DNA of 64,000 nt, taken from NCBI GenBank assembly GCA_963704725.1, contig OY969934.1:3264001-3328000 (forward strand). The letters run 5' to 3'. Both the position numbers and the translations under genes were made by a program. This document shows, one piece after another, positions 10,229 through 20,555 of this stretch. A model generated the notes under the pieces. It made no database searches, had not been told where the DNA came from, and saw only the letters and a list, made by a program, of their open reading frames with translations. How positions within the stretch are numbered: position 1 is the first letter of the stretch; every line of letters begins with the position of its first letter. This stretch comes from an uncultured Actinomycetes bacterium. GTDB lineage: Bacteria > Actinomycetota > UBA4738 > HRBIN12.

Positions 10229-12064
10229 CTACCCGCCGAGCAGCTCCCGAACAGCCTCGGCGATCCTCGCCGAGGAGATCCCCGCCCACTCGCGGAGCTC
10301 CTCGGGTGTCCCCGAGCCGGGCATGGCCTCGACCGCGAGCTTGTGGACGCGCCCGGTGAGCGGACCGCCGGACGCGATCGCCGACAGCACGGCGTCACCG
10401 AGCCCGCCTTCGGGCCAGTGGTCCTCCGCGGTCACCACGAGACCGGTCTCGGCCAGCGCCCGCCGGAGCGCGGCGGCGTCGATCGGCTTGATGGAGTAGG
10501 CGTCGATCACCCGGGCAGAGATGCCCTCGGCGGCGAGGGCGTCGGCGGCCTCGAGCCCCTGGAAGACGGTCACGCCGGCCCCCACGATCGTCACGCGATC
10601 CCCGTCGCTCGACCGCAGGGTCTTGCTGCCGCCGATCGGGAACTCCTCGGCCGGACCGTACAGGCGCGCGGTCTTCTCCCGTGTCGTCCGGATGTAGGAG
10701 ATGCCCGGCAGGTCCGCCATCGCCGCGACGAGCTTGGCCGTGGCGTTGCCGTCCGCCGGGTAGAACACGGTCGAGCCGTGGACGGCGCGCATCATGGCCA
10801 GGTCCTCAAGCGCCATCTGCGACGGCCCGTCCTCGCCGATCGAGACGCCCGCGTGGGACCCGGAGAGCCGGAGGTTGGCCCGGCTGATGGCGGCCATCCG
10901 GACGAAGTCGTACGCGCGCGTGAGGAACGCGGCGAACGTGGCGGCGAACACGGTCTTGCCCAGAACCTGCATCCCGACCGCCATCCCGAGCATGTTCTGC
11001 TCCGCGATGTAGCTCTCCACGAATCGCTCCGGCGCCACCTTCTGGAAATCCTCGGTGTACGTGGAGTTGGCCACCTCGCCGTCGATCGCGACGACGTCGG
11101 GACGGGCGGCGAGCGCCGCGAGCGTCTCCCCGAACGCCTTGCGCGTCGCGATCGCTTCCTCGTACTCGGGCAGGACGACCGGGGCGCCGTTCGGCGGTGG
11201 GGTCACGCCGGCCTCGGGCTTGGGCGGGGTGATCCGCAGGTCGCGCTCCCCGCCGAGCTCGGCGATCGCGCGCTCGGCCTCCTCGGCCGAGAGCGGCTTG
11301 CCGTGCCAGCCCTCCGCGTTCGCCAGGAACGAGACGCCGTGACCCTTCTCCGTCCGGGCCACGACGAGGGCGGGCCGGCCCGCCGACTCGGCCTGGCGGT
11401 AGGCGTCGTCGATCGCGGCGACGTCGTGACCGTCGACACGGACGGCGAGCCACCCGAACGACTCGGCTCGCGCGGCGTAGGCATCGCCGTCCCACTGGAG
11501 CATCGTCGGACCCCGCTGGCCGAGCCGGTTCATGTCTAGGACGGCGACGAGATTGTCGACGCCGTGGAACGAGGCGTTCTCCATCGCCTCCCACACCGAG
11601 CCCTCGGCCGACTCGGAGTCCCCGAGCAGCACCCACACCCGCGCCGGGATCCGGTCCAGCTTCATGGCCAGGGCCATGCCGAGCCCGATCGGGAGCCCCT
11701 GGCCCAGCGAGCCCGTCGCCACGTCCACCCACGGCATGTCGGGAAGCGGCACGGGGTGGCCCTGCACCGGCGAGCCGAAGCGGCGGAAGGACATGAGCTG
11801 CTCGTCGGTGATGGCCCCGACCGCCTTGAGCATGGAGAACATCAGCGGCGACGCATGGCCCTTGGACAGCACGAACCGGTCGTTGGCGAGCGCCTTGGGG
11901 TCGGCGACGTCGGTGCGCAGGTGGCCGGCGTACAGCACCGCGAGCAGATGGGCCGCCGACAGCGAGGAGGTCGGGTGTCCCGAGCCCGCCGCGGTCGAGC
12001 ACCGGATCGAGTCGACGGCGAGCTGGGCGGCCAGCTCGTTCCACTCTCGGACCGCGTCGTCCAT
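10229..12064 (-). CDS. tkt: Transketolase (compact ~610 aa type)
   Basis: GSGHPTSS, LSKGHA, TGSLGQG, GDSE...EGSVWEA, IAEQNM, GEDGPSQM; SD GGAGG. Confidence 0.93.
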   Translation of the reverse strand: MDDAVREWNELAAQLAVDSIRCSTAAGSGHPTSSLSAAHLLAVLYAGHLRTDVADPKALANDRFVLSKGHASPLMFSMLKAVGAITDEQLMSFRRFGSPVQGHPVPLPDMPWVDVATGSLGQGLPIGLGMALAMKLDRIPARVWVLLGDSESAEGSVWEAMENASFHGVDNLVAVLDMNRLGQRGPTMLQWDGDAYAARAESFGWLAVRVDGHDVAAIDDAYRQAESAGRPALVVARTEKGHGVSFLANAEGWHGKPLSAEEAERAIAELGGERDLRITPPKPEAGVTPPPNGAPVVLPEYEEAIATRKAFGETLAALAARPDVVAIDGEVANSTYTEDFQKVAPERFVESYIAEQNMLGMAVGMQVLGKTVFAATFAAFLTRAYDFVRMAAISRANLRLSGSHAGVSIGEDGPSQMALEDLAMMRAVHGSTVFYPADGNATAKLVAAMADLPGISYIRTTREKTARLYGPAEEFPIGGSKTLRSSDGDRVTIVGAGVTVFQGLEAADALAAEGISARVIDAYSIKPIDAAALRRALAETGLVVTAEDHWPEGGLGDAVLSAIASGGPLTGRVHKLAVEAMPGSGTPEELREWAGISSARIAEAVRELLGG

Positions 12065-12156
12065 GCTCGCCTCCTGCCCGGGGATGCTTGTGTACCCGCT
12101 CCGGCCGCAGCTTACGTGCCGGCTGCGGATATCGACGCCCTGCTACCCTGGGGCCC

Positions 12157-12447
12157 GTGGCCGACTACAAGGAAGCGCGAGCCGAGCGCCTGTACCTGAA
12201 GGTGCCCAACACCGACAAGCTGCGCAAGAACGCCGCCGGGCGCCACCGGCACCTGCTCGCCGCCGGCTGGCGCGAGGTGGAGCGCAAGCCGCAGATCGAC
12301 CACATCTGGGTCCGCTACGAGCGCACGGGGCCGACGCCCCTGAAGCTGCGGATGCCCCGCCCCGACAAGGACCAGGGCCGCTTCGAGCGTCGCCCCCGGG
12401 GCGGCGACCGCGGTGGGTTCCGCGGCGGCCCACGCGGCCGGCGCTAG
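12157..12447 (+). CDS. Small basic hypothetical protein with RGG-rich tail
   Basis: GC3-biased codons; GTG with TACCCT 7 nt upstream; ends RRPRGGDRGGFRGGPRGRR. Confidence 0.7.
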   Translation: MADYKEARAERLYLKVPNTDKLRKNAAGRHRHLLAAGWREVERKPQIDHIWVRYERTGPTPLKLRMPRPDKDQGRFERRPRGGDRGGFRGGPRGRR

Positions 12448-12622
12448 CGCCCGCCCGCCCTCACCCCACCCTCTTGCCGTTCCCGAACGTCGCACCCCCG
12501 TAGGGCCGAACGTGCCGAAGGATCTTCGGCGAACGACCTGTTTCGCCGCAGGAAGCCCGGGTACAATCGCGGTACGGGCACCATCCGTTCAGTCCGCTGA
12601 CGCGTGGGAGGAGGGCCGAGGG

Positions 12623-14050
12623 ATGAGCGAGGCGACGACGCCGGCTCCGGGCGCGGCACGGCAACGACCCAAGCGCGAGGCCGGTCGCGCCCACGCGGCC
12701 GAGCAGCCCTTCGCCTATCCGATGCGGCGCGAGTTCGGCGAGCCGGACTGGACGCGCCTGCCCGGGTTCGCCGACGTGACGAAGGACCAGTGGGAGTCGG
12801 CGCAGTGGCAGCGGGCCCACTCGATCAAGAACCTCGTCGAGCTCAAGCGGGCGCTCGGCGACCATCTGGACGACGACCTGTACGCGGACATCGAGCGCGA
12901 CCAGCAGGAACGGGCCACCATGTCGATGCTGATCCCTCCGCAGATGGTCAACACGATGGACGAGACCGACCTGCGGAGCGACCCCGTGCGCCGCTACATG
13001 GCGCCGGCGCTCGGTGATCGCGACCCCGAGTTCCCCTCGCACCCCATGGCCACGCGCGACTCGCTGCACGAGTCGGACATGTGGGCGGTCGAGGGGCTCA
13101 CCCACCGTTACCCGACGAAGGTGCTCGCCGAGCTGATCCCGACGTGCCCCCAGTACTGCGGCCACTGCACCCGGATGGACCTCGTCGGCAACGACACGGC
13201 GCAGGTCCTCAAGTACAAGTTCGACATGAAGCAGAACGAGCGCTGGGCCGCGATGCTCGACTACCTCCGCCGGACGCCGTCCGTGCGCGACGTCGTGGTG
13301 TCGGGCGGCGACATGGCCAACGTGCCGATCAAGCGGCTCCGGGAGTGGTTGTTCGAGCTGATGGACATCGAGAACGTCCGCGAGGTCCGGATCGCCACGA
13401 AGGGGCTGATGGGGATCCCCCAGCACTTCCTGCAGGACGAGGTCCTCGAGGGCTACGACGCGATCTCGCGGCGCGCGCACGAACGCGGGGTCGAGGTGGC
13501 CATCCACACCCACGTCAACGCCGCGCAGCAGGTCACGCCGCTCGTGGCGAAGGCCGTCCGAAAGCTCCTCGACATGGGGTTCCGCGACGTTCGGAACCAG
13601 GGCGTCCTGCTCCGCGGGGTGAACACGACCACCAACCAGATCCTCGAGCTGTGCTTCACGCTCTTGGATCACGCGAAGATCATGCCGTACTACTTCTACC
13701 TGTGCGACATGATCCCGGGCAGCGAGCACTGGCGGCTCGCGCTGTGGGAGGCGCAGGACCTCCAGTTCTCGATCATGGGGTACCTGCCCGGGTTCGCCAC
13801 GCCGCGCTTCGTCTGCGACGTGCCGTTCGTCGGCAAGCGCTGGGTCCACATGCTCAGCAGCTACGACCGAACGAAGGGCATCTCGTACTGGAAGAAGAAC
13901 TACCGCACCGGCATCGAGTACGACGACCCCGACGCGCTCTCGCGCGAGTACGCGTACTACGACCCGGTCTCCACGCTGCCCGAGGACGGGAAGCGGTACT
14001 GGCGGGAGTTCCTCGCCCAGCAGCAGGGTCGCACGCTCCAGCCGGCGTGA
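12623..14050 (+). CDS. kamA: KamA family radical SAM protein (lysine 2,3-aminomutase-like)
   Basis: [19 protein letters not shown] (CxxxCxxC), [25 protein letters not shown]. Confidence 0.85.
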   Translation: MSEATTPAPGAARQRPKREAGRAHAAEQPFAYPMRREFGEPDWTRLPGFADVTKDQWESAQWQRAHSIKNLVELKRALGDHLDDDLYADIERDQQERATMSMLIPPQMVNTMDETDLRSDPVRRYMAPALGDRDPEFPSHPMATRDSLHESDMWAVEGLTHRYPTKVLAELIPTCPQYCGHCTRMDLVGNDTAQVLKYKFDMKQNERWAAMLDYLRRTPSVRDVVVSGGDMANVPIKRLREWLFELMDIENVREVRIATKGLMGIPQHFLQDEVLEGYDAISRRAHERGVEVAIHTHVNAAQQVTPLVAKAVRKLLDMGFRDVRNQGVLLRGVNTTTNQILELCFTLLDHAKIMPYYFYLCDMIPGSEHWRLALWEAQDLQFSIMGYLPGFATPRFVCDVPFVGKRWVHMLSSYDRTKGISYWKKNYRTGIEYDDPDALSREYAYYDPVSTLPEDGKRYWREFLAQQQGRTLQPA

Positions 14051-14087
14051 GCCTTCGGCCGCGTCCGGTGCGATAGGGTCGGGGGCC

Positions 14088-15455
14088 GTGTCCCGGGGCC
14101 GTCTCGTCGCCTTCTCGCTCGTGCTGCTCGGCGCGCTCGTCGCGGCGGCCTGCCGTGGAGACGACACGCCCACCTGGGATCCGCTGCCGCCGCTCGACTA
14201 CGGGGTCGCGCCCGCGCCGTTCGACGCCTCCGCGCTCGAGACGATGACGCCGATCAAGCACGTCGTGTTCGTCATCAAGGAGAACCGGACGCTCGACAAC
14301 ATGTACGGGATGTTCCCCGGGGCGAACGGCGTGAGCGTGGGGATGGACCAGGGCGAGCCGCGCACGCTGACGCCGACGCTCGACCGCCTCCCCACGGACA
14401 TCAAGCACTGCTACACGTGCTCGCTCCAAGCGTGGAACGGCGGCGCCATGGACGGCTTCGCCACGATCAGCGCGGCGGCCGATCGGTACGCGTACACGCA
14501 GTTCCAGCCGGGCGACTTGCCCAACTACTGGCGGTGGGCATCCGAGTTCGTCCTCGGCGACAACTTCTTCGCCAGCGCCCAGGGCCCGTCGTTCCCCAAC
14601 CACCTGTTCACGATCGCGGCGCAGTCGGGGGGGACGCACGAGAACCCGCCGCAGAGCCCGGCGCTGCTGACGGAGCACCATCGATCGACCGGACTGTTCA
14701 AGGCCTGGGGCTGCGACTCGCTCGACACGGCGTACTCGACCGTGACCGACAGCGAGGGCGTCACGAAGCGGGTCCCGCCATGCTTCGACTTCCTCACCGA
14801 GGGGGACCTGCTCACCCGGGCCGGGATCCCGTGGGCGTACTACGCCGCGTCGCAGGACCAGAACGGCTACATCTGGTCGGCGTACGACGCCGTCCGCCAC
14901 ATCCGGCAGGACGAGGCGTATTGGCAGGCCCACGTGTTCCCGGTGGACGACTTCGTCGAGCAGGCCCGGGACGGGCTCCTGCCGCCGGTGACGTGGGTGA
15001 CGCCGCGGTTCGAGCTCTCGGACCATCCCGAGTACAGCATGTGCAACGGCGAGAACTGGACCACCAGCGTCGTGAACGCGGTGATGCAGGGGCCCGACTG
15101 GCAGGAAACGGCCATCTTCATCACGTGGGACGACTACGGCGGCTTCTACGACCACGTGCCGCCGCCCCAGGTGGACGACTTCGGCTTCGGGATCCGGGTG
15201 CCCCTGCTGGTCATCTCCCCTTACGCGAAGCGGGGGTTCGTCACGCACGAGCTCGGCGAGTTCTCGAGCGTGCTGCGGTTCATCGAGGACAACTGGGGGC
15301 TCACGCAGCTCACGCACCGCGATCGAGACGCGACACCGCTGATCTCGTCGTTCGACTTCGAGCAGGAGCCCCGGCCCCCGGACGCTCTCCCGCTGCGGAC
15401 CGACTGCCCTGCCGAGCAGTTCCCCGAGCCCGGCCGCTACCAGGGTGGCGGCTGA
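14088..15455 (+). CDS. Phosphoesterase / phospholipase C family lipoprotein
   Basis: Lipobox AAAC; [44 protein letters not shown]. Confidence 0.9.
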   Translation: MSRGRLVAFSLVLLGALVAAACRGDDTPTWDPLPPLDYGVAPAPFDASALETMTPIKHVVFVIKENRTLDNMYGMFPGANGVSVGMDQGEPRTLTPTLDRLPTDIKHCYTCSLQAWNGGAMDGFATISAAADRYAYTQFQPGDLPNYWRWASEFVLGDNFFASAQGPSFPNHLFTIAAQSGGTHENPPQSPALLTEHHRSTGLFKAWGCDSLDTAYSTVTDSEGVTKRVPPCFDFLTEGDLLTRAGIPWAYYAASQDQNGYIWSAYDAVRHIRQDEAYWQAHVFPVDDFVEQARDGLLPPVTWVTPRFELSDHPEYSMCNGENWTTSVVNAVMQGPDWQETAIFITWDDYGGFYDHVPPPQVDDFGFGIRVPLLVISPYAKRGFVTHELGEFSSVLRFIEDNWGLTQLTHRDRDATPLISSFDFEQEPRPPDALPLRTDCPAEQFPEPGRYQGGG

Positions 15456-15471
15456 GGCTCCGAGCCCGCGG

Positions 15472-17094
15472 TCAGTCGAACGGGCTCCCGATGGTCCGCA
15501 GGAACGGCCAGCTCGCGCGGAACTGGCTCGACGACGTCCCGTACGGACAGTCCGTGCGGAGCGGCAGGATCAGCTTGTGGAAGTCCGGGTGCTCGAAGTC
15601 GAAGGCCCCGAGCAAGGGATTGGCCCTTCGGTCCCGCGCCGTCATGGGGTCGAGCCCGAAGAGCTGCTCGACGAAGGCGAGCATCGAGCTGAACTCGTAC
15701 ACGGTGTGGTCGACGGATCCGCCCTCCGGGTTGTCGCCCTGGAGCGTGTACGGGCTGATGATCAGCGCCGGGGTCCGCGGCCCGAGGCCCATGATGTCGT
15801 ACTGCGGCGGCACCACGGGGTCGTAGAAGCCCCCGAAATCGTCCCAGACCAGGACGATCGCCGTGGACCGCCAGTACTCGCTCTTCATCACGGTGTTGAC
15901 GAGGTCGACGAACCAGTTCTCGCCGGCGCAGGTGCTCTTTCCCTCGCCGGGATGCTCGTTGTAGGACTCGGGAGGCAGGACCCAGGAGACCTGTGGCATC
16001 TCGCCGCTCCGCACGTCGTGGACGAAGTTCGCCGGCGGCTGGACGTTGTCCCACATCGGCCCGTATCGAACGTGGCGGATCATCTGCATGGCGTTCTGCC
16101 AGGCGTTCTCCGTCGCGTAGTACTTCCAGCTGATCCCGGCGTCCTCGAGCTCGTCCGGCAGCACGTCGATGTCGAAGCACAGGCGGACGCTTCCCCAGTA
16201 GTCGCCGATGTCGTAGGTGTTGGACCCGTTCGCCGTGATCTCGCGCTCGAGCTTCATGATGCGATCCTCGTTCCCACGGATCTCCTGCGGGTCGAATCGC
16301 GTCGCATTCTCGGTCGGGTCGTCGCAGTAGCTGCCCTCGTGGTCGGTCGTGGACTTGTTGTCGACGATGAAGTTCGACTGCGCGGCGATCGTGTACAGGT
16401 GCTCTGGAAGCGTGGGGCCGTACATCGACGTGAAGAAGTGGTCGGCCAGCACGAACCGATCCGCGTACGCCCAGTAGTTCGGGATGTCCTCGCGCTCCAG
16501 GTACGAGTAGCCCTCCATGTCCCTGCCGTACAGGTCCGCCCGGTCTCCGGAGATCGGGATCGGGCCGTTCATCCGGTTGAACCCGTTCATCTTCCCGTCG
16601 TTGATCGCCGTCAGCCCGCACCGGAAGCAGTGCGTGAGGTCGTGCTCGTAGGCATCGACGCCGTGCGTCAGCTGCACGACGGGGCCGTCGTGACACCCGT
16701 CCTGCGTGCACTCGATCGTCCCGCCCTCCGTGGCGCCCTCTGCGCCGGGGTACGTGGCGAAGTAGTTGTTGAACGTGCGGTTCTCCTTGACGACGAACAC
16801 GACGTGCTCGATCGGCGTCTCGCCGGGCACGATGCCCGTCTGACCGCCGCCCGTCGTGCCGTCGCCCCCGCCGGTCGTGCCTCCACCGGCCGACGGTCCA
16901 CCGGTGGGCGAGGCGCCGGCGCCGGTGCTCCCCCCGTCGTCGCCGCGCGTGGCCCACGCCAGCACGCCGATGAACAGGACGACGAGGCCGAGGAACGCGG
17001 CGAACCCGCGCCGACGGGCGGCGCGGCGACGGCTGAAGCGCAACCGGCTCTTCGGGATCGGCACGCGAGAGCCGGGGCCGGGCGTGTAGCTCAC
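15472..17094 (-). CDS. Phosphoesterase / phospholipase C family, membrane-anchored or exported
   Basis: Arg-rich N-terminus plus TM; IEHVVFVVKENRTFNN, GPTLPEH, NEHP, WDDFGGFYD, GPRTP. Confidence 0.9.
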   Translation of the reverse strand: MSYTPGPGSRVPIPKSRLRFSRRRAARRRGFAAFLGLVVLFIGVLAWATRGDDGGSTGAGASPTGGPSAGGGTTGGGDGTTGGGQTGIVPGETPIEHVVFVVKENRTFNNYFATYPGAEGATEGGTIECTQDGCHDGPVVQLTHGVDAYEHDLTHCFRCGLTAINDGKMNGFNRMNGPIPISGDRADLYGRDMEGYSYLEREDIPNYWAYADRFVLADHFFTSMYGPTLPEHLYTIAAQSNFIVDNKSTTDHEGSYCDDPTENATRFDPQEIRGNEDRIMKLEREITANGSNTYDIGDYWGSVRLCFDIDVLPDELEDAGISWKYYATENAWQNAMQMIRHVRYGPMWDNVQPPANFVHDVRSGEMPQVSWVLPPESYNEHPGEGKSTCAGENWFVDLVNTVMKSEYWRSTAIVLVWDDFGGFYDPVVPPQYDIMGLGPRTPALIISPYTLQGDNPEGGSVDHTVYEFSSMLAFVEQLFGLDPMTARDRRANPLLGAFDFEHPDFHKLILPLRTDCPYGTSSSQFRASWPFLRTIGSPFD

Positions 17095-17149
17095 GGCGAC
17101 ACCCTATCGTCCGTCGGCCGCTCGACCGGGACGCAGCGACCCGCGCCGC

Positions 17150-18529
17150 TCACGAACCGCGGGAGCGACGGAGCACCGCCGAGAGGCGGCGAACCGCGGC
17201 CGCGTAGGCCGGATCCTCGGCGACGTTCTCGAGCTCGCCGGGATCGCCCCGCAGGTCGTACAGCTCGCGCTCGTCGGTCTCGAGCTCGACGTACGCGAAC
17301 CGAGCGGTCCGCACCTCCCGCCACCCCGGCACGCGCTCACCGCCGATCCACTCGAGCAGGACCCGGCCCGAGCCGACGTCGCTCCGGCCGTCGAGGAGCG
17401 GGACGAGGCTCGTGCCGCTCGTGGCCGTCGGCGGCCGGATCCCCGCGAGCTCGGCGATCGTCGGCGCGAGGTCGACGGTCGAGGCCAGCGCCCGCTCCAC
17501 GCCGTGGCCGGCCGGCGGGTACCGCACGAGGAAGGGGACGTGCGTGCACTCCTCGTACGGGCACGTCTTCGTCACCCACCGATGCTCGCCGAAGGAGAAC
17601 CCGTTGTCCGAGACGAACACGATCACCGTCCGCTCGAGGTCGCCCCGCTCGCGCAGCGCACCGACGATCTCCCGCACGGCGTCGTCGACGGCCAGGAGCG
17701 CCTCGAACGACCGGCGATGGGCCTCGGCCAGCCCCGCCCGTGCCGCGGGGCCGAGCGGCGGGAGCGCCCGAACCCACGCCGGCTTGTCGCTCACGTCGGC
17801 CTCGTCCACGCTCGCAGGGACGGGAACCCGCATCCGGGCGTCGGCGCCCGCGTCCCGCGGGGCCGGGATCCACGGCGGGTGAGGCGCCGTGGGCGCGAAC
17901 CACAAGAAGAACGGCCGGTCGAGTGGCGCGTCCCGCAGGAACGAGACGGCGGCGCCGGCGAGCACGTCGGTGGAGTAGTCGCCGGGCCCACTCCCGTAGG
18001 CGGTCGGGACGCCTTGCTGGATCAGTGTGTAGTCGTGGTACAGGGTGTCCACCGCCCCCTGGGCCTTGCCCCACCACCGATCCCAGCCGAACGGCACGAA
18101 CGCCTCGCGGCCGAAGGGGTACTCGTTCAGGTACTTGCCGACGAGGCCCGTGTGATAGCCCGCCTCGTGCAGCCACGCGGCGATCGTGGCCCGCTCGTCG
18201 AGCCGAACGGCCGAGTCGTTGTTCACCACGCCGGTCTCGTGCGCGTAGCGCCCGGTCAGCATCGTCGCCCGCGACGGGCAGCACAGCGGGGTGTTGGCGA
18301 AGAAGTTGGGGAAGACGATCCAGTGATCCCGTCGATCGGTCGCCGCGGCCTGCAGGAACGGCATCACCGGCGGATCGTGCGGCAGGGAGTCGAGGGTCTG
18401 GTCGTCGGTGATGATGACGACCACGTTCCACCGCGGGTCGCGCTCGACCGCGGTCCCGGAACCGAGTGACAGACCGGCGGCGAGGACCGCGACCGCCGCC
18501 GCGGCCGCCCCGAGCCGGCGGGCCCTCAG
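17150..18529 (-). CDS. Exported sulfatase (formylglycine-dependent); start uncertain
   Basis: NVVVIITDDQ, CCPSRATMLTG (CxPxR), GKYLN, APH, SDNG; signal-peptide-like N-terminus. Confidence 0.85.
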   Translation of the reverse strand: MRARRLGAAAAAVAVLAAGLSLGSGTAVERDPRWNVVVIITDDQTLDSLPHDPPVMPFLQAAATDRRDHWIVFPNFFANTPLCCPSRATMLTGRYAHETGVVNNDSAVRLDERATIAAWLHEAGYHTGLVGKYLNEYPFGREAFVPFGWDRWWGKAQGAVDTLYHDYTLIQQGVPTAYGSGPGDYSTDVLAGAAVSFLRDAPLDRPFFLWFAPTAPHPPWIPAPRDAGADARMRVPVPASVDEADVSDKPAWVRALPPLGPAARAGLAEAHRRSFEALLAVDDAVREIVGALRERGDLERTVIVFVSDNGFSFGEHRWVTKTCPYEECTHVPFLVRYPPAGHGVERALASTVDLAPTIAELAGIRPPTATSGTSLVPLLDGRSDVGSGRVLLEWIGGERVPGWREVRTARFAYVELETDERELYDLRGDPGELENVAEDPAYAAAVRRLSAVLRRSRGS

Positions 18530-19290
18530 GCGAGCCGCTTGCGCAACTTCCAGATGCTCTCCGCGGGGAACCGGCGCGCCCACGCCAGCGGCGCGTACCA
18601 GGGATACGTCGTCGTCGCGTCGGGACGGGGGCGAGGCTCCACGAGGTCCTCGACCTCGAGGCCGTTCGAGCGGAAGAGCCGGATCCACTCGCCGTACGGC
18701 AGCATGAAGTCGACCGTCTCCTGGTCCCACTTGCGGATCCCGAAGTAGTCGCGGGCCAGACGATCGCCGACCCGGTCCCGCGCGTCGTCCCAGCACACGA
18801 AGTGGAACGGGGAGGCGTGGCCGAACGCGAACAACCCCCCCGGCCGCAGCACGCGGGCCACCTCAGGGACGGTGCGGAAGGGGTCGGCGAAGGTCATCGC
18901 CCCGTGATCGCACATCACCACGTCGAAGCTCGCGTCCGCGAACGGGGTGCGCTCGGCGTCGGCGTTCACGAGCCGGACCCCGCCGCGCGTCCGCGAGGCC
19001 GCGTGGCGGATCTGGTTCAGGGAGACGTCGAGCCCGACGGGCCGAGCGCCCATCGCGGCGAGCCACCCGGACCACTGCCCGCCCCCGCATCCGAACTCCA
19101 GGACGTCCAGGCCCCGGACGTCGCCGAGCACGCGCAGGCGCGACTCGGGGATCGCCCAGACGCCCCAGACCGGCGTGCGGGACCCGAGCTGGGCGTCGTG
19201 CTCGCGCTGGTACCGCGCGCTCTCGGCCTCCCAGTAGCGCCGGTTCTTCCGGACGTGCCGCGACGTCGCGGTCACCGGGCGTCGAGCCAT
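18526..19290 (-). CDS. Class I SAM-dependent methyltransferase
   Basis: VLEFGCGGGQW, PFADASFD, VLRPGG. Confidence 0.9.
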   Translation of the reverse strand: MARRPVTATSRHVRKNRRYWEAESARYQREHDAQLGSRTPVWGVWAIPESRLRVLGDVRGLDVLEFGCGGGQWSGWLAAMGARPVGLDVSLNQIRHAASRTRGGVRLVNADAERTPFADASFDVVMCDHGAMTFADPFRTVPEVARVLRPGGLFAFGHASPFHFVCWDDARDRVGDRLARDYFGIRKWDQETVDFMLPYGEWIRLFRSNGLEVEDLVEPRPRPDATTTYPWYAPLAWARRFPAESIWKLRKRLA

Positions 19291-20516
19291 CCGCCGCTCC
19301 GTCCGTGGCGGGCGGCCACGAGTCCGGCCGCGATCGACATCGCGATCTCCTCGGGACGCCGGCCGCCGAGATCGAGCCCCACCGGCGAGCGGATCCGTCC
19401 GATCGCGGCGGCGTCGACGCCCATCGCCCGCAGCTCGTCGAGATAGGGACCCACGTGGCCCCGGCTCCCCATCACGCCGACGAATCGCGCCGGCGAGCGG
19501 AGCGCCTCGGCCAGCAGCCCGGCGATGCCCGGAGCGTCGTGATCCGTGAATACGACGTCGGTGCGCTCGTCGAGCGAGGCCTCATCCATCGTGAAGGCGA
19601 CGGCTCCGGGCTGCGTCCGGTCCTCGGCCGTCACGCGCTCGGGCCGCGTCTCGACCAGGACGGTCTCGTCGCCCAGACGCGCCGCGTGGCGACGGAGCTC
19701 GCGAGCGACGTCCGTCGCGGAGACCACCACGAGCCGGGAAGACACGGGTGGCGGTTCGAAGAACACGACGACGTCGCCGTGCTCGTGGTGGTAGCGGCGG
19801 GTCTGCGGCGTTCCCGAGCGGGCGATCTCGGCCGCGTCCCGGGCCGCAGCCTCGTCGAACTCCGCACAGCCCAGCGTGCCGTGGACCTCGCCGCCCGGCA
19901 CGATCCGCATCGCGTTGCCGACACGGCACGGCGGAGACCCCTCCACCTCGACCGCGCGCACGTCGACCCATGCCCTGGCCTCGGCGGCCGGCGCCGGCGC
20001 GGCGGGAACCCCGTGACCCGGCGGATGCGCCCCCGCTCGGCCCCCGAGGAGCTCGACGGCGTGGGGAAGGACCGGCAGCGCGGCCTCGAGGCTCTCGCGC
20101 ACGCCCTTCGGGCTGCCGGGGAGGTTCACGATCAGCGTGGAGCCCCGGCTGCCCACGACCGCCCGCGACAACGCGGCCAGCGGCGTGTGGTCGAACCCGG
20201 CGCGGCGCATCAGCTCGGCCAGGCCGGGCGCCTCGCGGTCGATCACGGCTCGCGTGGCTTCGGGAGTCACGTCCCGGGGGCCGAACCCCGTCCCACCCGT
20301 CGTGACCACGAGCCCCAGGGCCCGCTCGTCGGCCAGCGTGCGAAGGAGCGCCTCGATCTGGTCCCGCTCGTCCGGCACGACCGCGCGCTCGGCGACCTCG
20401 ATGCCGGCGTCGGCGAGCATCCGGGCCGCGAGGTCGCCCGACTCGTCGAGGCGCACGCCGTGCGTCACCCCATCCGAAACCGTGATCACGGCGGCGGCCG
20501 ACCGGGAGCGGTCCAT
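19272..20516 (-). CDS. MogA/MoaB-XdhC fusion protein
   Basis: N-terminal ITVSD, TTGGTGFGPRDVTPEA, NLPGSPKG; C-terminal GTLGC, FVGVMGSR, RIRSPVGLDLGGRRPEEIAMSIAA. Confidence 0.85.
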   Translation of the reverse strand: MDRSRSAAAVITVSDGVTHGVRLDESGDLAARMLADAGIEVAERAVVPDERDQIEALLRTLADERALGLVVTTGGTGFGPRDVTPEATRAVIDREAPGLAELMRRAGFDHTPLAALSRAVVGSRGSTLIVNLPGSPKGVRESLEAALPVLPHAVELLGGRAGAHPPGHGVPAAPAPAAEARAWVDVRAVEVEGSPPCRVGNAMRIVPGGEVHGTLGCAEFDEAAARDAAEIARSGTPQTRRYHHEHGDVVVFFEPPPVSSRLVVVSATDVARELRRHAARLGDETVLVETRPERVTAEDRTQPGAVAFTMDEASLDERTDVVFTDHDAPGIAGLLAEALRSPARFVGVMGSRGHVGPYLDELRAMGVDAAAIGRIRSPVGLDLGGRRPEEIAMSIAAGLVAARHGRSGGWLDAR

Positions 20517-20555
20517 CGGCGTCATCCTAGCCAGCGAGGCGCAACCGGCGGGACG

